DNA of 36,700 nucleotides, from contig JALAGF010000475.1 in assembly GCA_030167865.1 (NCBI GenBank), positions 1 through 36,700 of the forward strand. Direction: 5' to 3'. The notes under the pieces were generated by a model. It had not been told where the DNA came from and did no database searches. It saw only the letters and a program-made list of their open reading frames with translations. The translations under genes and the position numbers were made by a program. Position 1 is the stretch's first letter. Each line of letters starts with the position of its first letter. Source of the DNA: Craspedostauros australis. Lineage: Eukaryota. Below are positions 10,977-21,437 of this stretch, piece by piece.

Positions 10977-11399
10977 TCAGAGAAGACCGTCTCTCATCCG
11001 ACCGTATCCGAACTGCCCTCTTACTAATGCTTCAGCAATCCACCCCACGCACGTGTACAAATCTTCCATAATTGTTGGATTACGTTTTCCATGTTGATTC
11101 CAATACAGTACTGCATGTACGCGAATGAAATTCTCATTTCCGGGTTTGTGGGCAGGCGTCAATCTGATCCTTGGACTCCGTAAAGAAGCCAGTCCAGAGG
11201 TGCGTTCCTCAGGATAGTCGTACTTCTTCGCGGTGATGATACTGACATAGAGTAGGTACATCCGCGTATTGGCCAAAATGCCGACGAGATCCTTCACCAC
11301 ATCTCGGAGATCTTCAACCTTCCATCAGTCAACGTCCAGTTTGTCCTCCACGTGGAGAGGCGCACATACTGCCGCCCCCTACTCGTCCACCAGCAGCAT
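10977..11399 (-). pseudogene. Possible gene remnant with two in-frame stops
   Basis: One frame reads MLLVDE*GAAVCAPLHVEDKLDVD*WKVEDLRDVVKDLVGIL... into ORF 10977-11300. Stops are at 11379-11381 (TAG) and 11325-11327 (TGA). Confidence 0.25.
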
Positions 11400-11578
11400 C
11401 TCTAAACGCCAACGAAGACATCATAGCGCAAGACGAAGGAAAAGAGAACGATCAAACGCAAGACCACAGCATCGCGGTGGATCACCGACTCTTTGGACCG
11501 GCGAAGAGCGTGGCCATCACAGGTACACGTGATACTCACGATTCTCACAATATCCACACGAACAATCAGAAATCAACC

Positions 11579-14500
11579 ATGGATGCCTGCCGAATGATCG
11601 AGTACAATGGCCGCAAAGTCAGATACGACGACATCGGCATCGGCATCGGCATCGGCATCAACCACGGGGAGGGGGAGGAAGATCTTGAGAGCATCATTCC
11701 AATGAGCGCTCATGATTCCCTTTCGAACTATTCTTTTGTGTGTTGCTACTGCGGTGACCCACAGGGCACTTCATGGGAGAAATGCAGAGATCATTTATGG
11801 TCGTGCAAGGCCATGGAAAAAGACCTGAAACAAAGATGCACGCGTTGGGGAGAAGATGCGAGCAATGCGGAGGGAGGTACGACGATCCCGAAAGCAACCA
11901 AGGATGGAGGATTCATTGATGACCGCGATCAGTCCGATGAAGACACTTCGGTGCTCAACACAGAATCATGGGTAGAATCTCAAGCAACGACAAATGATGA
12001 CAACGACGCAGGCATGGGCATCTACTACTTTTGCCCTCTCTGTTCTCCCTCGATCCAAGCATTCCATCGATGGAGCGAATGCACGGAGCACATCGCCCAA
12101 CACAGATCCGCAGATTTGCGCGTGGACAACGATGCTCTCAACGCTTTGAGACCAGTCGTTGAGGTACACATCTCAGGCCTCCGGCGTTTCAAAGAGACAG
12201 GGTATGCATGCCTGGAGTGCACATATGTCAGTTTCAACTGGCAATCCTGCGGATCTCATATGTTGACGTGTTGTCCAGATACATTGATCCATCGAAACAG
12301 AGCATTGCGAAGGTTCCGTGCGATCAAAGCTGCAGAAGAAACCGTACACGTGCAAAGCCTGCTTGAACACCACCATCAGCTACACTCTGAGGATATCATG
12401 CGATGGCGCCAGCAATGGGGAGTCTGTTCAGAGGGTATGGTGCAAGAGGAGAAGGCGGACGATGCGGCATTAGTCGAGGACACCACAAGCTCCGTCTCTA
12501 ATGTAACCAATACAGCTCAAATGAGCAATCCGGTCAAGGAATGCATTACCAGCGAAGGCCTTGTCTCGTGGGATTCTCAGCCCATTGTCAACGAGAACGG
12601 TGGCAGCAGTGACGGCAAGGGACTAGCAGGAGATACAACGGAAGAGACTTTGACATACCATTTTTGCCCATTCTGCCATTTTGTGCCAACTACTTTGGAA
12701 ATTTTCTACAAGCATCTCAGCACGTGCAAACATCGAAATAAAGATGTGGCACTACCCCCTCGGGCTACATGGGAGGAGAGGTTCGCCATTCAACTCAAAC
12801 CGCGGCCAAGCAACACAAACCAATGTCTCAAATGCGATTTTGAAGATGAGCGCTGGGAAGTTTGCAAGTCTCACATGGAACAGTGTTGTCCCACGAAGCT
12901 GGAGAACGCCAAAAGCGACAGCAAAATGAAAAAGAAAGCCTTCCTACGTCGCCTATACACCAAGATCAATCCCTGGCGATTGTACGCAACAAACGAAGTG
13001 CGCTGTCATTTGAGGCTGCAGGAGCTCGAACAACCACAGGAGATATTGGGAGCACCCATCCCAACTTCCGCGCAAACACTGCCTGCACGAATGCCCATGG
13101 ACGATACAAAAACGTTCCACTTCTGCCCGAGGTGCTTTGCGCTCACCAAGACCTGGGAAATGATGCTTCTTCACTGGAGCAACTGCTGTGATAAGGATCA
13201 GCTGATTCCAATGGAACGAGGTTCGAGCAAGGTTGAAATTATTCCGTTGGACATGTTCATCCGGCGCAATTTGTTCTTGTGTCCAAGCTGTCACAACCTG
13301 TGCACGGCAGAGTGGTGGAGATGCCAAAAACACATGAAAGTGTGCTGTCCCGAAGTCTACGATCAATGGAGCAGCGACGCTATCGCCAAGAAGAGTTGCA
13401 CAACCAAGGTAAGAGCAAGAACTGTGTTGGAATGGAACACGCACGTGACGAATGAAATCTTGAAGAAGATGAAAACGCCCGAGATAGCCAAGCACCACCC
13501 TTGCGGTACGCCAAGCACTCCGGTTACACCTCAGCAACAGGCACGGGTTGGAGAAATACGAAGAGACGACAAAGAAGGCCGACCGCGTGTCATTCAGAGA
13601 GTTCAGGAGTACATCGAGCAAGAGTACCAGAATCTGAGGCTGAAAACTCCGTTGAGTGACGACCAGCAAAGCTGTCTGACTCTCCATCATTTCTGCCCGA
13701 GCTGCCTCTCTGTCGCTGAGAATCAAACGCAGCGTATGGAGCACGAAGAGACACGCAGCGCAGACAACTCGCAGACTGGCGCTGGAGAGGCCAAGATACT
13801 CCCGATCCGGCTTTATCCCGACCAAACTACTCAGATGGGAAACAGGTATGCCTGTTTCCAATGTGAATTCTCAGATGGCACGTGGAAGGCAGTCAAGGCG
13901 CACATGCAAGTATGCTGCCCACGCCATCGCAAAATATACAAGGGCACAGGCGGTCTCATGAAAGCCAGCAGCGCGGCAGAATTCAAACGCAGACTACACG
14001 TTGCATGGCGCCGGTACGCCAATGAGGCCATCCAGCAAGAGATGCAAATGAAGCAAGCTCAGAGCGAAAATCAGTCAAACGAAGCACAGAGCACAGCAAC
14101 GATTTCGATCCAGGAGGAGGAGGTCGATTGTCAAGTTGGTAATCAAAGACAGCCAAGCGCCGTAGACTTCAGCTCGTTGGCATCACTGGATCCAGACACT
14201 CCAAGTCGCCACATGCGAAACACAAGAGCTCCCCGATCTTCAACGGTTGATCGTCCGATCGACAAAGAGTCCGTGGTAACACCAGACAGCAACCACAAGA
14301 CTGAGGATCATCCTCGCCATGCAGTTCCAAACCACGCCCATTCGTCCCTGATGTATGCCACCATTTACGATGAACGGGCCGCTCCCAGCTTGACCACAGA
14401 TGCCTCACTTAGCCGCCCCGCATGGCGCAACGAGGGGACCAATCCAAGAAGGGAGAAGACGGACGAAGCATTGGCATCAGAACATATCAATCCCTGGACC

Positions 14501-14680
14501 GAACAACGTGGCGGCAACCGGTTGTACCCCGCTGTAACGACGGCAACAAACGATCCATCTTGCGAATCTCGGCGACAAGTTCAGGAAGCTGTACGCGAAT
14601 GCGACGATCGTTATGCAGGCAACACACCAGTGGCGGTGCCAATGCACCACAACGAGAACCCAAACTGTTCTGTGTCATAG
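11579..14680 (+). CDS. Multi-zinc-finger protein (nine C2HC/C2H2-like motifs, ~1033 aa) ending in CSVS
   Basis: Single long ORF with first ATG at 11579. Repeated CxxC-x~12-HxxxC motifs, e.g. YACLECTYVSFNWQSCGSHMLTCCP, NQCLKCDFEDERWEVCKSHMEQCCP, FLCPSCHNLCTAEWWRCQKHMKVCCP, YACFQCEFSDGTWKAVKAHMQVCCP. Confidence 0.85.
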   Translation: MDACRMIEYNGRKVRYDDIGIGIGIGINHGEGEEDLESIIPMSAHDSLSNYSFVCCYCGDPQGTSWEKCRDHLWSCKAMEKDLKQRCTRWGEDASNAEGGTTIPKATKDGGFIDDRDQSDEDTSVLNTESWVESQATTNDDNDAGMGIYYFCPLCSPSIQAFHRWSECTEHIAQHRSADLRVDNDALNALRPVVEVHISGLRRFKETGYACLECTYVSFNWQSCGSHMLTCCPDTLIHRNRALRRFRAIKAAEETVHVQSLLEHHHQLHSEDIMRWRQQWGVCSEGMVQEEKADDAALVEDTTSSVSNVTNTAQMSNPVKECITSEGLVSWDSQPIVNENGGSSDGKGLAGDTTEETLTYHFCPFCHFVPTTLEIFYKHLSTCKHRNKDVALPPRATWEERFAIQLKPRPSNTNQCLKCDFEDERWEVCKSHMEQCCPTKLENAKSDSKMKKKAFLRRLYTKINPWRLYATNEVRCHLRLQELEQPQEILGAPIPTSAQTLPARMPMDDTKTFHFCPRCFALTKTWEMMLLHWSNCCDKDQLIPMERGSSKVEIIPLDMFIRRNLFLCPSCHNLCTAEWWRCQKHMKVCCPEVYDQWSSDAIAKKSCTTKVRARTVLEWNTHVTNEILKKMKTPEIAKHHPCGTPSTPVTPQQQARVGEIRRDDKEGRPRVIQRVQEYIEQEYQNLRLKTPLSDDQQSCLTLHHFCPSCLSVAENQTQRMEHEETRSADNSQTGAGEAKILPIRLYPDQTTQMGNRYACFQCEFSDGTWKAVKAHMQVCCPRHRKIYKGTGGLMKASSAAEFKRRLHVAWRRYANEAIQQEMQMKQAQSENQSNEAQSTATISIQEEEVDCQVGNQRQPSAVDFSSLASLDPDTPSRHMRNTRAPRSSTVDRPIDKESVVTPDSNHKTEDHPRHAVPNHAHSSLMYATIYDERAAPSLTTDASLSRPAWRNEGTNPRREKTDEALASEHINPWTEQRGGNRLYPAVTTATNDPSCESRRQVQEAVRECDDRYAGNTPVAVPMHHNENPNCSVS

Positions 14681-15037
14681 GAGTGCATGATAGCATCAGT
14701 AGGATACTATTTTACTTGCACTCGAACTCGGACGGTGACTAAAGAACTTGCGATCATGGTCCAGACCGAGAGATCGGCGAGGTTCACATCCGAGTTGGAT
14801 ATGTCATGTAAGAGAACTCGTGCACACGAGCGCGACTGTGAGTGCATTTGAGTCGTGATGAGTGGAATGGCATCCAACGGTATCCCTAATAGTTTGTGAT
14901 CGTGAAATGTGTGTAGGTGTGTGATGTACGGATCGGAGTGCAACACTGTGGCAACCGTATTGCGGTTTTTGCATGTCGTCCGCATGGAGCAAGCGTGAGC
15001 ACAAGGAGTGCTGAAATCCATCATGTTCGCAGCAAGC

Positions 15038-16400
15038 TTAGTCTTCATCGTTACCCGGCGGGGCTGATGGGGAGTACGCTGGGCTAGTTGGCGAGTATGC
15101 CGGACTGTACTCGTGGGCGAGGGAGAATACGAAGCAAAATGGAATTTGTCACCCAGCAGAGGAAGAGAGAGCGAGTGAGGCATGGAGTTTGAAGAGCGGC
15201 GAGTGATTTGTGACTAACGGCAAGCACCAACAGCATCACAAGATGAAAACAAAAATGACAGACAGTATCTTGCGAACGGAGGCGGACAGCGGACTTACGA
15301 GGTTGGGCTGTACGCCGGAGATGTTGGCGAATAGGCTGGGCTAGTTGGCGAGTACGCCGGTCTGGAAACGGGGGTGAGAGCATGCGGATTGGAAGGTTGG
15401 TAGATGAGTTCGTAGGTAGGAAGAAAGGCAAATGAGATGGGTGTGAGTTTAGCGTCGATTGTTCATCATTCAATCCAAGGCCGGTTCTTTGCATTTGTTA
15501 CTTACGATGTTGGGCTGTACGCAGGTGAAGTTGGCCTATGGATGCAGAAGGGGTTGAAAGGGAAGGTAGAGATTGAAAGCAAATGGAAAACAGCAAACAA
15601 AGAAGGAAGGATGGCAGAGACGAAGCAAAACAAAAGCATGGCAAAAGTGAGTTTCCGATCATCGCTGCGGTTCGACAACACCAAAGCCAGTTGAGACAAT
15701 TCAATCATCGACGCTTCGTGGAAAATACAATTCCTCGTGCTGCCTTCTTGAAACTCACGAGTAAGCTGGGCTTGTTGGCGAATAGGCTGGCGACGTGGGG
15801 GAATAGGCCGGAGAAGTCGGCGAATACGCTGGGCTTGTCGGAGAATACGCTGGTGATGTGGGCGAGTATGCTGGGCTGGTTGGAGAGTATGCTGGTGACG
15901 TTGGCGAATAGGCTGGACTGGTTGGGGAATACGCTGGCGATGTTGGCGAGTAGGCCGGCGAGGTCGGGGAATAGGCTGGACTCGTGGGAGAATACGCTGG
16001 TGACGTCGGAGAATAAGCCGGACTCGTTGGTGAGTATGCTGGACTGGTTGGCGAGTACGCCGGTGATGTGGGACTGTATGCCGGTCTGTGATCCAAGAGG
16101 GCAGCATACAATGGGACAGGATCGGCGTGATATGACACGCCAAAATTCAGTGGTGACACATTGCAAAGAAAGGTAGACGAGACGGCGTGTGAGTGACTCA
16201 GACATGAACGGATGAACGCATGAACGCATGAACGCATGAAGATATGATTCATGAAATACCATTCCACACAACGCAATCTCAAGCGTGAGCAACGTGCCAA
16301 ACACCAAACACACTGATGCCCCATACAAACAAGTGGAGACGGTGGCTCGCAACGATGGTACTCACGAGGTTGGGCTGTACTGCGGCGACGTTGGGGAATA
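15038..16400 (-). repeat. RPB1: RPB1 CTD heptad array: 23 tandem heptads (22 YSPTSPA, 1 YSPTSPQ) plus a degenerate terminal one, over 5 exons
   Basis: Manual translation of the spliced exons. Exon 3 holds 15 complete heptads, and their synonymous codons vary from repeat to repeat. Confidence 0.9.
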
Positions 16401-19400
16401 CGCTGGGCTGGACGCTCCAGCTTCTCCGTAGCTGCCACTCGAAAAACCCTGGCCGTAGCTGCCGCTTGCTGGCGAGTAAGCGGGACTGAACGACGCGCCT
16501 CCCACGGCAGGGCTGAATCCTGCAGCAGAATCCACAAACGGGGACATCTCTGCACCAGTTCCCACCATCGGGCTGCTTGCGGAGTACGGTGTAGCGGCAT
16601 ACGGCGTTGCTGCGCCTGCAGCACCGCCAGAACTACCGATCATGCCAAGGGCATCCTTGTCGGCGTTGAAGTCATCGACCACGACCTCGACAGCCTCTCG
16701 GACGACCTTGTCCTCATCCAGAAGAAGCTCCATGTCTCCCGTACCAACGCGGGCGAGCTGGCCCATCATGATGTTCTCCGTGACGCCCTTCAGGATCTCC
16801 TCTTCAGCATACACCGCTGCATCCATCAACATGTCCACTGTCTCTTCGAACGAACATCTCAGGAGCGGGCCAGATTCCACACGGTTGATTCCGTGACGGT
16901 CGATGGCCATCAAGTGACCCTGCATCGTCATGACGTCGACCAGGCAAGCCAAATGACGGTAGTTCACATACGAACCGTCGAAACTGATGACGTTTCGGAG
17001 CTCGCTGAGCAGAGCACCTCGGACACCTTCGATGCCGAGACTGATGAAGACTTCGACGATGTCGTTGCTGATGGTGCGGTTGGCATCGACGAAATCGACG
17101 CCGAGGACAGCCATCAGGTTCGTTCCATCGGTTTCGAGCACCCATTCATCGCGGGTTCCGAAGCCGGACACGTCGTCCCAGATCGTGCGCTTGGCGCCAC
17201 CTCTCATGAAGACCTTCTTGACGTGGTCGATACCTCGCAGCTTGAGGCTCGACAGGAGAGACTTTTCGAGGCGCTTCAGGAACACGTCGTCCTCTTGTCC
17301 GACCTCGACGTCCTCTTGGATTGGATTGCCCGCTTCATCCACGGCCCCCGAATGTCCCATGGGGATGTCGTTGACGATGCGAATTCGGACCACGAGCTCT
17401 TCTGCGTTGTCATCCGACACTTCGACGCTGAGGTCAGTTCCGTACTCGTTGCCGATTTCACGCACGATCTCGTTCATCTGGATCTTCTTGACGAAGACGA
17501 CGTCCTTGTCAAGCTCCAGTCGCAGCATCCACGGACTCATCCGGCGGATGTCGTCCTCCGTCTTCTCCGCGAAGTCATAGAAATCCTTCACGAATTCTCT
17601 GTCCTTGGCGACGACCGAATTCTTAACATCAGGATCGTAGTAGATCTCGGTACGCTTGACGATATCACCCAGCACGGTGAATTCGAGCATACTCACGACC
17701 AGCTCGGCGACGTTGCGGTCGCTGCTCACCTCCTCGTCCAGGTACACGGTGAGGCCTGGCGTCTTGGGCGTTTTCGCAACGTTGATGATCTCCTTGAGAC
17801 GCGGGACTCCGAGAGTCACGTTCTTCGCGGACACTCCGGCGTAATGGAACGTATTGAGCGTCATCTGGGTGGCTGGTTCTCCGATGGATTGGGCGGCGAG
17901 GACGCCAGCCATCTCTCCTGGATTCACCTTGGCGATGTTGAATCGCGTTTCGATTTCGCCAATGACCCAGTTGAGGGCGGGCTCCGAGAGACGGTACTCC
18001 TTGAGAACGCGCTTCGAGGCGAGAAGGGAACGCAGCAGGATTCTGTAGAGCGTGGTCGCGTTGGACTGCGCTTCGATACTGAGCGGATCGTCTCCGACCA
18101 CAACGACGAGGCGCTCCAGCAGCTCATTCACCCTTTGGATGACGGTCCTGGGGTGCAGATCTGACGGCTGGCTCTTGTCGATGCGGAACTGTCGGAGCGC
18201 ATTCTTGATGGCGCGTCGGACGTTGCCTGGCGCGTATGAAGATTCGTCGGATTCGCGACCGGCCTCGCGGTTGGCCATGACGACACGGAGGATGGCTTGA
18301 TCGTCGCGCAGGGCCTCGGCTTCTTGATCGAGCATGATCTGGACCTCGGGGTCATTCTTGCAGTCTTCCTGCACGCTGACCTCCAGGAATGGAATGTTCT
18401 GATCGTCAAAACCAAAGTCCATGTCGCTTGTGTTCATGACGAAGCGATGCTCGAATTCTCTCTTCGCGAGCGTTAACGAATCGAAGTTCTGCCGCTCGAT
18501 CCAAACGGCGTCCATTCCATCTTCGCCGTACAGGAACTGCACGATCTGACCGCCGCTTGTTCGCAGAGTACCATCGTACCGTGCCATGACGGTTTCCATT
18601 GCCTTCACGAGACGTCGTTGGATGTACCCGGTCTCGGCCGTCTTGCAGGCCGTGTCGATCAAACCTTCGCGACCACCCATGGCGTGAAAGAAGAATTCTT
18701 GCGGCGTGAGACCGCGGAGGTACGAGTTCTCGACGAACCCACGCGATTCTGGTCCCAGATCGTCCTTGGAGAAGTGGGGCAGCGTTCGTTTCTTGAAGCC
18801 GTACGGGATGCGCTTACCCTCGACGTTCTGCTGTCCGACGCAGGCGATGATCTGGGAGATGTTGATGAAGGATCCCTTGGATCCGCATGTGACCATGGCC
18901 TTGACGGAGTTGGTTTCGTCCAGACTGGACTGCGCAGACTTACCGGCGTGGTCACGTGCTGTATTGAGGACCTTGTTGACGAGCTGTTCGAAGGATTCGA
19001 TCATGGTACGTCCCGGTTGGATCTCGAGCTTTCCCTCCTTTCCGCGCTGACCTTGGCGCACAAGGTCGAGCACTTGGAGCTTGGCCTTGTTGATTGTGGA
19101 TTCGATCTGCTTCATGGTGTCGACGTCAGCGACCGCATCGCAGGCACCGATACTGAAACTGGATTGGAGCACCCAGTGGTTGACGAGCTGCTGGACTTGG
19201 TTCATGAAGCGAGCTGTTTCTTCATGACCGACGTCAAGCCACGCCGTGTGGATGAGACCGTCCATGCTCTTTCCGATGGTCTTCTTGTCGATGGTTCCCT
19301 CGAGCAGCTCGCCGTCGACGATGGTGACTTGGTGATCGTAGGCATTGAAGTTGTTTGGCATCGTCTTTCCGTCCGGCCCCTTGGGCGGTCCGTTGCTGGC

Positions 19401-21427
19401 CTTGCCCTTGAGATTGACCTTGGGCAGGATGATGCTGAGCAGCTGCTTGCCAGTCCATAGTTCCTTCGGTTTGATGATGGCGGGGATGGGGATGCGGCCG
19501 TTCCATTGGGCCACCCACATGAGCATGTTGAAGCAGAGGTCCTTTTCGATGAAGGCGCTGCGCTTCGTCATCTTTTGGACGGCGAGCAGACTGTCCTGGA
19601 TGATTCCCATGACGGGGCGGTTGGACTGTCCGGAGACCACCACGCGGGAGCTCAGCATCATGAGCTCGGCTTCGGCACGGGCCGGCAGGGACTGGGGGAC
19701 GTGAAGGTTCATCTCGTCACCGTCAAAGTCGGCATTGTAGGGCGCGGTACAACTGAGGTTGAGACGGAAGGTGGACCAATCCAGAACCTTCGCCCTGTGC
19801 CCCATGATACTCATCTTGTGCAGCGATGGCTGACGGTTGAAGAGGACGATGTCATCATCGCGGAGCTGGCGTTCGACGATCCAGCCTTGCGCCAGCATGA
19901 GCTCGGCCTTGTTCTTGACGTAGCGCAGATCGATGCGCGTACCGTCCGTTCGGATGATGTGCTTGGCGCCAGGGTGCTGCGTCGGACCGTTCGCCACGAG
20001 AGCTGAGAGTTCGGCCTGGTTGTAGGCTGTGACACGTTCTGGAACCGTGAGATTCATGGCCACGCTGCGCGGCACACCGACCTGGTGAATACCGAGATTT
20101 GGATCGGCTGTGATGACGGTACGTGCTGAGAAGTCGACACGCTTTCCCATGAGGTTACCGCGGATACGGCCCTCCTTACTTTTGAGACGCTGCTGCAGAG
20201 TCTTGAGTGGGCGGCCGGAACGCTGCGTGACCTGCGGCATGCCGCGGATTTCATTGTTCATGAACGCTGCGACGTTGTGCTGCAAGGACTGCTCAAACTG
20301 CTCCACGATGATGTTGGGTTCACCATTCTGGATGGCGTTGGAGAGGGCGATGTTGCTCTTGATGACGTTGACCAGCTGATGCGTCAGGTCGTCCTCCGAG
20401 ATGGCACCACCGGCGTTGACCGACGGGCGCACGTGCAGCGGCGGCACCGGCAGGACTTGCACGAGCAACCAATCGGGACGCGCATGGGTGATGTCCAACC
20501 CCAGCGTCTTCATGTCTTCCTCGCGCATGGTCTGGAAGAGCTTGACGACGGCCTGTCCGCTGAGGAATTGCTTGGAATCGCTGGTGCCGCTGATGCCACC
20601 GCCGGTCTCACCCTCGGGGTAGTGCACCTCAAGATGCAGACCGAGCTTGGTGAACTTGGGCTGCTTCGCCTGGCAGTGATCGCACTGCTTCTTGTTGCGC
20701 AGGAGCTCGTGGAACGCGGCCATGCGCTTCTTGCGGTTGGTGATGCTGGCACACTTCTTGAACTTGAACTCGTCGTCGTTGCTCCGGATCCTCGCGCAGG
20801 AGAAGCAGATGCAACGCAGCGACTTCATGACGACGTCGAAGAAGCCCTGGTGGTAGACTGGACGCGCTAGTTCCAGATGTCCGAAGTATCCCGGATCTGA
20901 CTTGTCGTGCAGATTTCCAAGACGAGGATCGTTGGCACCGCCGTAGACGGGCTGCCCGTTGATCTGCGTCTCGTAGCGGGTCACACCAGCTGGGATCTTG
21001 CGTCCGTTGACCGTGATGGCCTGCGTGACGCTCATTTGGCGCTGCGCAGTTTGTCGTCAGAAGCGTGTGCCATCGTGTGCAAATTGTTGTGGGTTGGTGG
21101 AGTTGGGTGGTCGCAATGAACGGATGTCATGATGTGAGATGCGGTGACACGATGATACCATAATCATGTGACATAATACGAACAACGACACCATAAAGGC
21201 GAGCACAAACATGAGCACAAAGATGAGTGTATGAACAGCTCTGTGTACCTCCATCCAACAGATCTTGAGACCGCATTCATGTTCACGCACAATGAACGTA
21301 CCAACTCGTTGGGATTGATGACACCGAATTGAAGCTTCTTGATCCTGCGCAATCGCACGCGGGAGTATCCAAAGTTCTCACTTTGCATACCCAGCGAGGC
21401 TGCTCCTGCTTGTCGTGCACCTGACAT
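15038..21427 (-). CDS. RPB1: DNA-directed RNA polymerase II largest subunit; 6 exons (21427-21302, 21041-16366, 16085-15759, 15535-15506, 15361-15299, 15104-15038), ~1762 aa
   Basis: Catalytic [16 protein letters not shown], bridge helix [13 protein letters not shown], trigger loop [11 protein letters not shown] and CTD heptads. All five introns have GT...AG ends and join in frame (5289 nt total, ending ...[12 protein letters not shown]). Confidence 0.97.
16203..16240. repeat. Intronic 8-bp tandem repeat, about 5 x CATGAACG
   Basis: catgaacg gatgaacg catgaacg catgaacg catgaa inside RPB1 intron 2. Confidence 0.8.
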
Positions 21428-21437
21428 GATTCAAGTC

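Noticed and set aside
15759-16085. CRISPR-like or minisatellite periodicity
   Set aside because: The 21-nt period with third-position variation is the coding CTD; there are no spacers.
15502-16624. Repetitive ORFs in several frames around the CTD
   Set aside because: Alternative frames of the 21-nt heptad repeat plus intron sequence, not independent genes.
16642-20870. Long plus-strand ORFs (e.g. 16893-18164, 18618-19460) antisense to RPB1
   Set aside because: Shadow ORFs produced by strong GC3 codon bias; no motifs. The same applies to ORFs antisense to the FAD synthase, TPR-like and USP genes.
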